Shown in pieces: positions 1 through 11,489 of a stretch of DNA of 64,000 nt. The notes under the pieces are model-generated. The model ran no database searches, was not told the origin of the DNA, and worked only from the letters and a program-made list of their open reading frames with translations. Origin of the DNA: Naegleria gruberi (Eukaryota); NCBI GenBank assembly GCA_000004985.1, contig GG738846.1; one strand, given 5' to 3'. The position numbers and the translations under genes were made by a program. How positions within the stretch are numbered: position 1 is the stretch's first letter; each line of letters opens with the position of its first letter.

Positions 1-880
1 TCTCTCGTGTTGCTAGGGATAGGTATTTTGAAAATGATTCTACTGAAACATCATACCCAATCCAAAAGGCGTAATCAGAAGGGTCAGATGTATTTTTCAC
101 CATTGACAAGAGAGTGATAAAAGTAATGCTAGGTAATGTGATGTCAGCATAACTCATTGTAAATCTAGTTCCGTTTGGAGCTGCTCTAGCAGTGTCCCAT
201 ATATCATTCATATCAATAGGATCCAGCACTACATCAAATGGAGCTGAATGATTTCTCTCACAATGATCGTAAAGCTCATAATCGGAACAGTACCAATAGG
301 AGTCTTCGAGGAAAGAGACAATCATGGTTTCATTAAGCTGAAACACACCAAAATTATATCTAGTGTGATCACCAATAAAAAGTGTGAGAGGAAGAGAGGG
401 ATGTCGCTTAATTTCATTCTTAAAAAGTTTGAACATGTGCTTCTCTACGAGAGCGGTATCATAAGGATCGAACCCATCTGATAATATTTCCTTCTCCGTT
501 TCGACAACAAGCATGAGTTCTTTAAGTGTGGAATGTGTAAATTGCACAATATTATCAAAACCCTTCTCTCTCACTGATGAACCCCACTTGAGCATGTATG
601 GAAGAAAACAAGATATCCACACACTTGACAATACCAGCACTGTTAATATTTCTAAGAAAGCAACCAACAATATCAAACATGTCTTGATAGAAATTTTGGA
701 ACGAGATGGAGGTTCTTGATGATGAGTACCAAATTCATCATTCGTATTGTAGACAATATCTGGCAATGCCCTTGAACGTTGCTTTTTAAGATTGCTTTTA
801 GGAGTATCAGCCATCGACTGCTGAGAAGAGGAAAAGTGTTGCTCTGATAATTGATGTGCAAGTGGATGAACTTTTGGCAT
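1..880 (-). CDS. 5' part (~293 codons) of a gene running off the left edge. The predicted protein has one N-terminal transmembrane helix (type II topology) followed by a conserved-looking luminal domain. A glycosyltransferase-like function is a guess.
   Basis: An ATG at about 880 opens a stop-free reverse-strand frame down to position 1. The ORF track lists no stop in this frame, so it must run off the edge. The protein starts MPKVHPLAHQLSEQHF..., with a hydrophobic segment ISIKTCLILLVAFLEILTVLVLSSVWISCFLPY, then ..FIGDHTRYNFGVFQLNE..WYCSDYELYDH.. Listed plus-strand ORFs 248..481 and 513..719 are antisense noise. Confidence 0.5.
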   Translation of the reverse strand, partial: MPKVHPLAHQLSEQHFSSSQQSMADTPKSNLKKQRSRALPDIVYNTNDEFGTHHQEPPSRSKISIKTCLILLVAFLEILTVLVLSSVWISCFLPYMLKWGSSVREKGFDNIVQFTHSTLKELMLVVETEKEILSDGFDPYDTALVEKHMFKLFKNEIKRHPSLPLTLFIGDHTRYNFGVFQLNETMIVSFLEDSYWYCSDYELYDHCERNHSAPFDVVLDPIDMNDIWDTARAAPNGTRFTMSYADITLPSITFITLLSMVKNTSDPSDYAFWIGYDVSVESFSKYLSLATRE

Positions 881-2022
881 TGCGAAGAAGAATGTAGTAG
901 TTATCCAATAATGGTGCTGAAAAAGTTTTTTTTTCTTCCGTGTTGGTTTGTGATTCGAGACTCAATACAATGATTCGATTCCAGTAAGATATTGAGGTGT
1001 ATTTCAATTTTTTTAAATTGTGAGAGTGTGTTTATGGTTGTGTTTGCTAGCTAGTGCAAAGACTCCCTGACCTTTATGTGCAACCTACTTCCCGCTGATG
1101 ATGATCATTATTAACAACAGTGGAAGGTGAAATGTATTAAATAAGGGGTCGAATCGACATAAACGGTCAAACAGCAAGCCTTATTAATAAGTAAAAACAA
1201 AATTATTGTACCAAAAGAAGAAGCGCATAATATTTCTAGTTGGATCTCGATAGGGATTTCCCTGCTTAATTTTTACCTTAATGAAAATATTGATAAGATT
1301 TAGAGGAAATTTAAGTAACTCTATGCAAAACCTCCAGATATTAGAAAAATCATGAAGATGCAATATCGATTGCAACAAGCAAGTAATGGAAATATTTTGC
1401 AGTAACTATTCTCTTAACTTGAGGAGACAGAGGAGGAGTAAGTGTAGAGTTCACCCTCATGAACCTCTCTGGAAAGTTCATCATAGTCCCGTATGCTTTC
1501 TTAGTGTGGCCACATACAATATCACAATTGGAAGCGATAAATCAGCAATGATAACTGCTCCTTAAATTGTCAAATGATTATTTTGGAAAATCTTGCAATC
1601 AAAAATTGTAAATTAAACTTTAATAAATTGAGTTGAACTATACATTACATATCCGTATTATACCAATAGAATGCTTTGCTATGATACACATTGTGGATTA
1701 CATTTCAAATAATTTCTTGGAAAATGGAAAATTGGAGCAGTAAGGATGTTTGGACTCTGAGTCGCTTTACATGAAGTAAAATGTCCTCATCACAAATTTG
1801 GCTGTCAAATTAAACTTAAACGGCAAAATAAAATCATTCCAAAGTATTAATATCATTGATTCATGTATTAAATTGACCGATAGTATCGGAGCAACCAATA
1901 TTATCTATTACAAGCTGAACATTTTTATTATCATCAATTTAATGATAAATATTATTATTTAAAAATGTCATCATCGACCACCCATCACGATGATGACTTG
2001 AATTCTGCACATCATTCGGAAC

Positions 2023-3420
2023 ATGAAAATAATTCTCATCACTATGTACATTCACTTAGTAACAACAACAACAGATGGTAGTGGCAATGAACAAAAGCTG
2101 AGGATATGTATGATTTCCGATTTCTTTTATCCAGGCTTTGGAGGAGTAGAATCACACATCTATTGTATATCAACAGGATTAATTAAAAGAGGGCACAAGG
2201 TTATTGTCATTACAACATCCTATGATGATCGGAAAGGTGTAAGATATTTAACGAATGGAATTAAAGTTTATTACATTCCTGTATTTAAAATTAATACATC
2301 TGCTGGCAGTGCAACATTACCGTTCATCTTTACTTCTTTACCACTGTTGAGAAATATTCTGATCAGGGAGAGAATTGAAATTGTGCATGGACATCAATGT
2401 ACATCCAATGTTTGTAATGAAGGACTCTTACATGCAAGAACCATGGGACTGAAATGTTTTTTCACTGATCATTCATTGTTTGGATTTGGAGATGAAGGAG
2501 GAGTACACATCAATAAGGTTTCTAGGTTTGTATTGAGTGAAGTGGATCATGTAATTTGCGTTTCACATACGCTGAAGGAAAATCTGACCCTTCGAGCATC
2601 TTTGAATCCATTCAAAACTACTGTCATACCACATGCTGTAGATACGAACGTATTCAAACCACTTAGAACGCACCCACCAAGAAGGGATGAAAGACTTAAA
2701 ATTGTATCAACATCAAGATTAGTTTACAGGAAGGGAGCGGATTTGCTGATTTCTATCATTCCTGTAATTTGTACAAAGTACCCACATGTGGATTTTATCA
2801 TTGCTGGAGATGGACCAAATTTAATTGAAATGACTGAAATGATTGAAAGATATGAACTATTTGACAGAGTGGAATTATTGGGAGCAAAACCTTATCATGA
2901 GATTCCTAGCGTTCTTCAAAGAGGTCACCTCTTCTTGAATACAAGTCTAACTGAGGCATTTTGCATGGCAATTTTGGAAGCAGCTAGTTGTGGACTTTTT
3001 GCTGTCAGTACAAATGTTGGTGGAGTAAGGGAAGTATTGCCAGACAATGACATGGTTTTATTGGCAAATCCAGATCCACTCTCTTTATGCGAAGCTATGG
3101 AAAAAGCCATTGAATGTCATGTTTATAATACTGACCCAATTCAAACGCATGAACGTGTATGCGAAATGTATAATTGGGATAAGGTAGTTGCATGTACAGA
3201 AGCTCTATACGTAGAATCCATGCATACATGTAAGGAGAGAGGCCTATTGGAAACCATCACATCTTACAACTCTGTTGGTTTCTTCCATGGAAAAATTATT
3301 GGACTTCTTACAACTCTGGACTATCTATTTTATCAAGCTCTTGAATACATGTATCCCAGAGAGGAAATAGATGTATGCCCAGAATTTGGTCCTTTCTACC
3401 TTAAAGATGTTAACGATTAA
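2023..3420 (+). CDS. GPI3: Phosphatidylinositol N-acetylglucosaminyltransferase catalytic subunit (PIG-A / Gpi3; GT4 family). This is the first step of GPI-anchor synthesis.
   Basis: Continuous 465-aa ORF. RICMISDFFYPGFGGVESHIYCISTGLIKRGHKVIVITTSYDDRKGVRYLTNGIKVYYIP..FTDHSLFGF..SRLVYRKGADLL..EAFCMAILEAASCGL.. is collinear with animal PIG-A along its whole length. The true start is probably the in-frame ATG near 2110 (MISDFFYP), or there is an unrecognised short 5' exon. Confidence 0.9.
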   Translation: MKIILITMYIHLVTTTTDGSGNEQKLRICMISDFFYPGFGGVESHIYCISTGLIKRGHKVIVITTSYDDRKGVRYLTNGIKVYYIPVFKINTSAGSATLPFIFTSLPLLRNILIRERIEIVHGHQCTSNVCNEGLLHARTMGLKCFFTDHSLFGFGDEGGVHINKVSRFVLSEVDHVICVSHTLKENLTLRASLNPFKTTVIPHAVDTNVFKPLRTHPPRRDERLKIVSTSRLVYRKGADLLISIIPVICTKYPHVDFIIAGDGPNLIEMTEMIERYELFDRVELLGAKPYHEIPSVLQRGHLFLNTSLTEAFCMAILEAASCGLFAVSTNVGGVREVLPDNDMVLLANPDPLSLCEAMEKAIECHVYNTDPIQTHERVCEMYNWDKVVACTEALYVESMHTCKERGLLETITSYNSVGFFHGKIIGLLTTLDYLFYQALEYMYPREEIDVCPEFGPFYLKDVND

Positions 3421-3580
3421 TTATTTATGCTTTACGGTGTAATTTTGACCACGTTGAGGTATTAATTTGGCTTGGCGGATTGTTTGCGAGAGTAGTGTTG
3501 GTGCTTTAATACTCAGATTCGTGTTGTGTTGTGGCAAAGCTGTGTGTTGAGATACAAAGAGTCTTAATTCCTTTGAGAAA

Positions 3581-5874
3581 ATGTCTTTAACGCCCAACAA
3601 CAATAATTCCTCATTCACAACTGACAGTAACAATAACAATTGGTTCTTTCCCAATTCTGCTGCTGCCAGAAGCACTGATAACTTGGTCTTTGGACACTTT
3701 CTTAATCATCATCAGAGTCACATCACGATGGATGAGCAACAACAACAACAACAACAACAGCCCTTGACCTTCACACCCATCGACATCAACTCCTCCACTC
3801 ATCACATCACCACCACATCTAAGAACAACAAGACTGATACATCTCCTCCAACCCAAAAGTCCAAGAAGAAACAAAAGGTGGCCTGTGTGTATTGCAATAA
3901 GCTACACAGTACGTATTTAGAAATTGCTTAATATCTAAATTTTCCCTCAAATCTCAGAAAAATGTGACGGTGAGCCACCAAATACCTGCTCACGATGCTC
4001 AAAGAAATCCATTCCGTGTGTTGTAAGTAGTAGTACTGTCATGAAATTTACAATTTCTCAAGTATTTACCACCTCAAAAAAGAGGTCCCAAGTCAAAGAA
4101 GAGAAAGACCACCGATGGAGAGGATGATGACTATTACTCTACAGAACTAACTACAGAGGCTCAGTTATCAACTACTGCCAACCAGAATGAACAAATTCAA
4201 CAACTCCAGCTCCAACAAGCTCAACAACAATTCAATACTCCAGTGTACTTTAATCATGGTACATCCCAACAACGTTCACAACAACTGGAACATGTAACAA
4301 CAGCTCATCAATCTCAAATTGTAGGCTCAATAGATTTGGATACCTACATATCTGAATCTCTTTTCTCACCAATATCTAATAGGGATTCCAACCAGATCCA
4401 ACCTACTTATCAATCTAGTCCATTGACTGGTCTTCAGTTTGCTGTAAATGTACATACACGAACCCTAGTTGATCAATTTTTAGAGTAAGTATTCAACAAT
4501 CGTATGCATGTGCTTACCCAAAAAAGCTCTGTAACATGTCATTCCCTTGTTGAAAAGAACATGTTAGAAAATGCACTCACTAAGGCAGTAACTTATTCAT
4601 CTGAACCAACCGGGTATCAACTCTTGACAAATATTGTATGTGCGATGGGAGCCCAAAGATTAGAGGATAGAAAGAATTGCATTGATTTTTTCAACAGAGC
4701 AAGAAATCAAGCTAGTTATCTATTTGACATGCCTTCGAGAGAAACATCATGCGCCTTAAGCTTGATGGGCATTTATGCATGTTCAGAGGGTGAAAGAATC
4801 AAAGGTCACATATACAATAGAATTGCTCTCGACATGTCCACCAATATGTGTCGATATCAGGTTGAAAATGACAAGTATTTTCACTCGCTTTCAGCTCTTT
4901 CTTTGGCAACCAATTTTTCAAAATGGTTGTTCGAGTTGAACATTCTAAAGGTGGAAGAAAATTCCATCGATATTCTACTCAAACATGGAAATAATCCTAA
5001 TCATCCCCAAGTGCCACAGATTCGTGATCTTGTGAAATCAGTTAAATCATTTATCAACTCTCAGTATTGTATGAGGAAAATTGAAGATTTGGAAAATAGA
5101 ATTAATGATATGACTCTTGTAAAGGGAAGTGAGGAAATTTCATTTACAGCCATATTGGTTTATTACTTGCTGGACTCTAGAATTGCCTCACTATCAAACA
5201 ATAATCAAGTTGAGTACATTAAACTTTTGAGAAAATTGGAAACGATTGAAAAGTATGTTGAATCAGACAAGTTCAACAGGGATGATATTCAAAAGAATGT
5301 ACACAGATTCTGCCTCTACTCTCTAAGATCAGACATTCTAGTCAAGTGTGGACTCGACAAGATGGGATTACATTGTGCTACCAAAGCAACTGGATTGGCA
5401 GCAAAGCCAACATTCTGGAAATCAGCGCCAGACATTATTCTCTTCTTCCCTGTACTAATCAATGTTAACCTCAATGTCAATGATAGTAGCATGTCAATTG
5501 AAAATTATAAGTCACTCAAAATTATAAGTTCCAAGTTTGTGGTATTGAAGTATACACTTTTTGATATGATTAGTGCAATGAATAAGAGATCAGAATTTTC
5601 AGATCTTTTGGCAACTGAGAAACAACATGTTACCTCCAGTAGTGTTTCAAATGCTACAGGTACTTTACAATTTCCAAACGATATTCCAATGTGTGAGTCT
5701 TGTATTGTTGGTCAGGATGGTTGGGATGCCTCAGCACTGTTCGAAGATGCCAATAATGAATCCTGCTTCCAGACTACTGACATTACTGAAATGTTGCAAC
5801 AATTAGGCACAGCTCATGATCATGAATCATATCAAAACAAATTGGAATCCATTTGGCAATCCATTGCACAATAA
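3581..5874 (+). CDS. Zn(II)2Cys6 (GAL4-type) fungal transcription factor with an N-terminal poly-Q/N-rich region. It has four exons.
   Basis: Hand-reconstructed exons are about 3581..3908, 3958..4022, 4063..4485 and 4558..5874 (total 2133 nt = 711 codons). Introns at 3909..3957 (GTACGT..CAG) and 4023..4062 (GTAAGT..AAG) are well supported. The third, 4486..4557 (GTAAGT..AAG), is the only acceptor choice that keeps frame. Splicing restores a perfect CVYCNKLHKKCDGEPPNTCSRCSKKSIPC = Cx2Cx6Cx7Cx2Cx6C binuclear zinc cluster, followed by a basic linker (PQKRGPKSKKRK). Confidence 0.85.
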
Positions 5875-6141
5875 ATTATCTAATGTATTTTATCAACTAA
5901 AGTAATGTAAGACTTTTATGTAGTGCAAATAGTTTGGGAGCAAATCCAAAAAAAGAAAAGAAGAAATATTCAATGCACCAGAAAGAGGTATACTAGCCAA
6001 ACTTGCTTTTTGAAGATTTTACGGATTTTCTATGAAGATCCAACACAAAGGACAGTTCTACCATTGATTTTCTTAAGTACATAATTTTACAAAATAGTGA
6101 TCATCTAAGCTTGTTGTCTGAATGTGAAAATCAAAAGGAAA

Positions 6142-6214
6142 CGCCCACCGTGGGGGTCGAACCCACGACCACAAGGTTAAGAGCCTTGCGCTCTACCGAC
6201 TGAGCTAGACGGGC
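6142..6214 (-). tRNA. tRNA-Lys (anticodon CTT)
   Basis: The reverse complement reads GCCCGTCTAGCTCAGTCGGTAGAGCGCAAGGCTCTTAACCTTGTGGTCGTGGGTTCGACCCCCACGGTGGGCG. It shows a canonical cloverleaf with a 7-bp acceptor stem, GTTCGA T-loop and anticodon loop CT-CTT-AA. There is no encoded CCA, as expected for a eukaryote. Confidence 0.9.
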
Positions 6215-6435
6215 TACATCTCAAAACATAAATTTCCCTTACTAAAGTGTCTGACCATTGTTGTCGTCCTTAACAATAAATCCCTATTTAGTTTTTTTAT
6301 CCATAAACTCAATTCTAATTGACCTATTCTTGAATTTTACTAATTAAATCAAGAGATCTCTGACACACAAGATTTGAAAAAATTAATAAAATTGTTATTT
6401 ACATTTGATGATAATTATTAATTATATTATTATTA

Positions 6436-6945
6436 TTAATTAGCACAACAATCCTCTGGTACAATATTACTAGTCATTGAGAATACAGTCCATCCAACAG
6501 TATTTCCAGCAATAACAGCCAAGAAAAGGCCCACATTATAAGTCATTGTTACCAACATTAAAAGATATCCTAATCCATTTTGAAACAAGTAAATAATTGG
6601 TTTGGCAATATACCAAGCATAGGCCATATATCTTTTTCTTGCCTTTCTTTTGTGATCATCAACATCTCTAAATTCATCATCATCCTTCTTCTTCGGAATG
6701 GTTACCTTTCTCTTTACCAAAAACACTAAAAATTGATTAAAAACAGACAAGATAAAACAAATAATAATTGCCAAAGCATATTGCCATCCCTCAGTAATTT
6801 GAACAGTTTCAAATAATAAATGTGGTACCGTTGCAGTGGCAACAAAATACATTTGCATTCCTCCCATGGTATGATTTGAGTGATCCGGCATTGTATGATT
6901 AGAGTGATCCATCATGGTCTTCATCAGTGAAATTGGTGAATTCAT
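6436..6945 (-). CDS. Ctr-family high-affinity copper transporter
   Basis: 169 aa. N-terminal Met/His-rich copper-binding motifs (MMDHSNHTMPDHSNHTMGGMQM). Three TM segments with the Ctr signature MxxxM (LMLVTM) in TM2 and GxxxG (GLFLAVIAG) in TM3. Confidence 0.8.
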   Translation of the reverse strand: MNSPISLMKTMMDHSNHTMPDHSNHTMGGMQMYFVATATVPHLLFETVQITEGWQYALAIIICFILSVFNQFLVFLVKRKVTIPKKKDDDEFRDVDDHKRKARKRYMAYAWYIAKPIIYLFQNGLGYLLMLVTMTYNVGLFLAVIAGNTVGWTVFSMTSNIVPEDCCAN

Positions 6946-7346
6946 GGTGTGATGCTGTAGTATGTATAATTATTCGTTAGAGGGGAAGGAGCAAAAAATC
7001 AAAATTGTGAATTTTTTTTTTCATCAAACTTTTGATTTTTTGCTGACAAAATATTTGTTGTTACCCGAGCGAACCCTCAAATTATTCACAAATCTTGGAA
7101 AATTGAAGTCTTGGTTGGAATTTTGCTGGCCATTCGCACATTTGGAAGATCTATTCAATCAATTTGTATCAATTTGTTGGGAATTGATTCAAAGTTTCAT
7201 TGAAAAAACTCTTTTATGGTAATAGTGGAAAAGAATTGATTGAGAGTGGTGAACCGCCTAAAGATACTTGATAGATATTTATGAAATTGGAGGAAAATAA
7301 CAATGTTATTGTAGGATTTGATGGTTTTAAGAGAGAAATACTAGCA

Positions 7347-8384
7347 TCATCTGACTGGAGCATTAGGATTGAGTGGATAGTCAGTGAATAGAGGGTATAA
7401 GGTTACTGTTTTCTTTGGACACAGAGCAATTATTGGATTATAGATAATGTTTGGGTCAAGAGCTGATTTAAAAGTCATGAAATGCAAACCATTCTTGAAA
7501 AAGTTAATGGACAAGTTGTTAAAATCAAGTGTGAGTGCATATCTATCACCTACGTTGATTGGTCCTAGATCCATTAATTGTGCAGTATCGGATTTTAGTG
7601 AGCCTTTTGATTTTACATATTGATGTTCTATTACTAGTCCAACTCCATGATTATCTGACAAAAATTGAGTGGAGCTTGTGTCACTATTGAAATTCTCAAA
7701 ATCTGTTCCAACCCCATAAACTAATCTCCAAGTATTTGCGCACAGATAATATTCCTGAATGATAATTTCATATCCCTTCAATGTAATTGGAATGTTTGAC
7801 TTGTCGTCAATCGTTTTTGTCAAGTAATAATTTTTACAAAGAAAGCAATTCCATTCCTTCACATTATTATTCCTAACAGTTCGTTTGTTGATCATAACAC
7901 CTGTATCTGATTTAATTCTTTTTGCATCATTCTGAGTTTTGTATTTAATAGATTTTAAATATGAAAGCAAATGTCTATATCCAAAACGCTCCTTCATTAT
8001 AAAATTTCTCTTAATATACGAATCTAAAGAATTTGTTGTCAATTTTTCCAATTCAATTGAATCAATTCCATTACTAAAAGTACTTGAATTAATTTCATCA
8101 ATCCAACGATTAAACAAATGTAACAATATTTCCTTCCAAATCGTATTTCTATATCCAGCAAACTCATCCTCATTATCGTTTCCCAAAATTAAAGAATGAT
8201 AAAACTTGCTAACGGTTCCAAACTTTGACAAGACTCTATCAGATAAATACATTAAAATGTGAACTCTTATTTCGAATGGAAGATCTTCAAAATTAAAATA
8301 CCAAATATTCGTGTTTCTTGTTTCCTCTTGATCCGAGGAAGAACTTTTTTCGTCTTCCGTAGTGGCTGAAGTGTTTGTGGACAT
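7347..8384 (-). CDS. F-box / SPRY (B30.2-like) domain protein
   Basis: 345 aa. N-terminal F-box-like LPFEIRVHILMYLSDRVLSKFGTVSKFYHSLI. The C-terminal half (GVGLVIEHQY..GDRYALTLDFNNLSINFFKNGLHFMTFK..IYNPIIALCPKKTVTL) looks like a SPRY beta-sandwich. Confidence 0.55.
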   Translation of the reverse strand: MSTNTSATTEDEKSSSSDQEETRNTNIWYFNFEDLPFEIRVHILMYLSDRVLSKFGTVSKFYHSLILGNDNEDEFAGYRNTIWKEILLHLFNRWIDEINSSTFSNGIDSIELEKLTTNSLDSYIKRNFIMKERFGYRHLLSYLKSIKYKTQNDAKRIKSDTGVMINKRTVRNNNVKEWNCFLCKNYYLTKTIDDKSNIPITLKGYEIIIQEYYLCANTWRLVYGVGTDFENFNSDTSSTQFLSDNHGVGLVIEHQYVKSKGSLKSDTAQLMDLGPINVGDRYALTLDFNNLSINFFKNGLHFMTFKSALDPNIIYNPIIALCPKKTVTLYPLFTDYPLNPNAPVR

Positions 8385-8476
8385 TTTTTACATTCTATTT
8401 TTAAACATTGAACTCCAAACCTAGTTTACAAAAAGTGATAATTTCTCTGATAATTTTCTTGGTGAGCTCAACCAAA

Positions 8477-9697
8477 CTAGAAACCTTCTCTTCTAAATAT
8501 CTTTATAAGTAATGCATCCACATCCAGTGCCATCTCCTCGAAAAGATTAATAGCATCCTGTTTGATATTGATAGAAGGATATGAAAATGGTGTTTGCTTT
8601 TGAAACAAACGATCCAAACAAAAATTGAACAGTATGAAATGCTTAAAGACCAATCTTACTATGGTTGCATTGGCAGCTGATAATTTAGAAACATGTTGAA
8701 CAAATGATGGAGGGAGTACCAGTTTGAAAATTCTTGAGAGGTATCGATCCAATATGGAATAAAATTGTTGCTTGATTGGCGAATTTTCATATGGGAAGTA
8801 GTCGAATGCATTCGGACCCAAATCAAAGAATATCTTAAACTGGACTTTGAAATAGGAGGAAACTGGATCAATAATAAAGTTAGTCAAAATTCCATTACTG
8901 TCAACTCCATCACAAATCCAGCCACCACTTTTCTCTACAGAACTACAAATGAATAACTTGTCATATTGTACTTCACTCCCAATATATTCCATTATTTCTA
9001 CAGTGTTTGAATAGCAACACTCAAAAATAAACAAATAGTCCACAGATTTATCCTTTGTGGTGTTTGGCTTTAAAAAGTAGGAAAGAAAATTCCTAAACGA
9101 CAAGTATTGGTGTTTCTGAAAAGATAGTCCATAGTGTTCATCTCCATGCCCACTCCAAAATATAATATTCAATGGATTTAACCCACTTTCCAATACTTTA
9201 CGGCTCGATTTGTAGTATTCCCTCGAAAAATGGTTCAATAATTCACTAGTCTTTTTAAAATCATAATTACAAATCAAATTATAATTCATTCTACTCTTAC
9301 TACGACCCAATGATGTAATCTTATATTTTTCACAAATATTCTGAACAAAATAGAGAAAGTGAAACAAATCATTATGTACATTAATAATACATCGTGAAAC
9401 AGCATCAAAATTGGATGAATAATCTTTGATAGCATTACAAATAGACAAATCACCACAATCACGTGTATCTCCTAAATTTCCAACTAGCAATAAAAAAACA
9501 TTAGATAATTGATCCGAATGATGACAATTTTTCCAATGCAAACTCTCCTCCAAGAATATATCATTTTCTCTCATTAATTGTTTCGGAAATATTTGTCTCG
9601 CCAAATTCAAAATTCTCTCCACGCTTTTTGAAGGTAAAATGAATAAATTATTATTGGTTCCTTTATCGGATGATGATAATTGTTTCCTTTTCGTCAT
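8477..9697 (-). CDS. Clan-CD (caspase/legumain/GPI8-like) cysteine-peptidase-fold protein. No signal peptide.
   Basis: 406 aa. A His block (IIFWSGHGDEHYGLSF) is followed about 45 residues later by a Cys block (YLFIFECCYSNTVEIM). This mirrors the GPI8/legumain catalytic dyad context (YMTGHGGDDFL ... FFMIDTCQANTMY). Family assignment is by motif only. Confidence 0.45.
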   Translation of the reverse strand: MTKRKQLSSSDKGTNNNLFILPSKSVERILNLARQIFPKQLMRENDIFLEESLHWKNCHHSDQLSNVFLLLVGNLGDTRDCGDLSICNAIKDYSSNFDAVSRCIINVHNDLFHFLYFVQNICEKYKITSLGRSKSRMNYNLICNYDFKKTSELLNHFSREYYKSSRKVLESGLNPLNIIFWSGHGDEHYGLSFQKHQYLSFRNFLSYFLKPNTTKDKSVDYLFIFECCYSNTVEIMEYIGSEVQYDKLFICSSVEKSGGWICDGVDSNGILTNFIIDPVSSYFKVQFKIFFDLGPNAFDYFPYENSPIKQQFYSILDRYLSRIFKLVLPPSFVQHVSKLSAANATIVRLVFKHFILFNFCLDRLFQKQTPFSYPSINIKQDAINLFEEMALDVDALLIKIFRREGF

Positions 9698-9757
9698 CTT
9701 TTCATTTTTTTAATTTTAAATTTAAAACTCTAAAATGTCTTTTATGTGATTCAACTT

Positions 9758-11489
9758 TTATTCTCCATCTAAACTTAAAGAATCTTGTGAATCACACCTA
9801 AACATCATGTTACTAGCCCTAATAGAAAGAACTGGTGGAGGCACACCATGATTAATCTTTTTCACAATGTTTGGGTCTGTATAGTCCAAATCTAGAGCTA
9901 CATTGTCCTGCATTCGTTGCTGTCTTGCATTCCGCAGCAGTTTTTCTCTTAGCGACTCTGTCTTGGTTTCATCCTCTTCATCATTGACATCCTCTTGCTC
10001 TTCCTCCTCTTCTCCGTCATCAGAATGAATGGATTTTCTACTGTTGGATCTCTGTAAATTGTTCTGCCTTGAAGAGGGAGAAATATCCTCCTCAATATCT
10101 TCCGACTTTTCCTCTTTCTTTTCAGGTTTCTCATCTTTTTCTCTTTCCAAGTTAATTAGTGAAATTTCTCTAGTAAGTTCTCTTTCCTTTAAAATGGTCT
10201 TGGTCAACTCGCTCTCCAACTCGAACAATCTATCTCTATCCCTTAGATCTTTTGATGCAGCTTCCATTCTGTAAATTATTCAAAATAAACAGTCAACCAA
10301 CTTCAACAATACTTACTCTGAATGATTAAATAACCTAGATTTTGCGCTCTCATTTCTAAATGACCTTGGAGATGTGTTGGATCGTTTAGAGCCTATTACA
10401 TTATTCAATGATGCTCTAGACTGGACAGATGCCTTGTCCTTCTTATTTAATAAATTTCTTAGTTCTGGTTTTACACTCGATGTTATTTCTGATTGTAATT
10501 GAGTCAATCTCTCAATTTCACTCTTATATCTTTGACTATCGCTCTTCTGTCTCTTCAATTCATTTTTCAGTTGATTGTTTTCTTTTACTATTTGCTTATA
10601 TTCTCTATCTAACTTGTTCAAATTATTTTGAGCATTCGTGTATAAGATCACTAATTCATCGTAGTGTTTCTTCTCACTGAGAGAATATTTAATAAATTAA
10701 ATGGTCAGATTCAAATTTAACTTACTCTATATTATTCGCAATCAGAACATCCTTCTCATAGGAATCTTTAATCATTCTCAATATTTTCCCAAATGGACAA
10801 ACCTTGATAATCTCCTCAAAAGTCTCCGAATATATCTGAAGGAATCTATTCCTAAGAACGTGTTCATTTTCTTCCACTCCTTTCAATCTCTCAATATTTT
10901 CCAACATGTGTATCTCCATCTCAACTGACAATGCTTTCATTTTGCCACTACTTATTGGTACAGAAGATGATGAGCATGAAGGATTAGCTTGATTTTGAGA
11001 GACACTAACATTAGATGAAGTGGCTGTCTTGTCCAAATAGGCATAGGGTTTTACAAATCTTTTGTAATCAACAAACCCAGGAGTCAGAGGCGGTGTTTTT
11101 GGTTTTAATGTTTTCTGAGAGGAGCCACTTTGTTTCCTATCTGCCTCTGCTGCTTCAGAGAATGACACTCTCTTATTCATTAGATTGGTTGATAATTGTT
11201 GTATAGGAGCAGTGTTGGGACGTTTGGATGCATCTTTAAATCTTGGTATTCTATTGCCGATCGTTGGAGTACTATTTCTTGAAGGATAGTTGGCTACTTT
11301 TAATGTAATTCCAAAAGATGATTCGGATCTATTAGTTAGAGTGGTAATTGGTTTAATTTCTTCATTTACATCGGGTGTCTTCCTAATCTTCTCCTTTCTT
11401 ATTGGCAATATATCGCTATTTAATTTTGTTGACAGGTTGTATTTGGTACCTGCTGGAAGAAGGTCAGAAAAGCTGTCATTATGTTGCAT
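9758..11489 (-). CDS. Coiled-coil protein with three exons and an acidic C-terminal tail. Function unknown.
   Basis: Exons are about 11489..10726, 10676..10316 and 10268..9758. Both introns have GTAAGT donors (at about 10725 and 10315) and CAG acceptors, and they join ORF-track pieces 10722..11522, 10313..10651 and 9758..10267 in frame. The first ATG is MQHNDS at 11489; the listed start at 11522 is TTG. The middle and C-terminus are heptad-rich (EIERLTQLQSEI.., REISLINLEREKDEK..). Confidence 0.6.

Noticed and set aside
248-719. Plus-strand ORFs 248..481 and 513..719
   Set aside because: They lie antisense to a continuous, much longer minus-strand coding frame (the gene running off the left edge). 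There are no motifs. They are antisense artefacts.
4486-4526. 41-nt version of intron 3 of the Zn2Cys6 gene (acceptor AAAAAG at 4526)
   Set aside because: It gives a total CDS length not divisible by 3 and an immediate stop. The next acceptor, at 4557, restores the frame.
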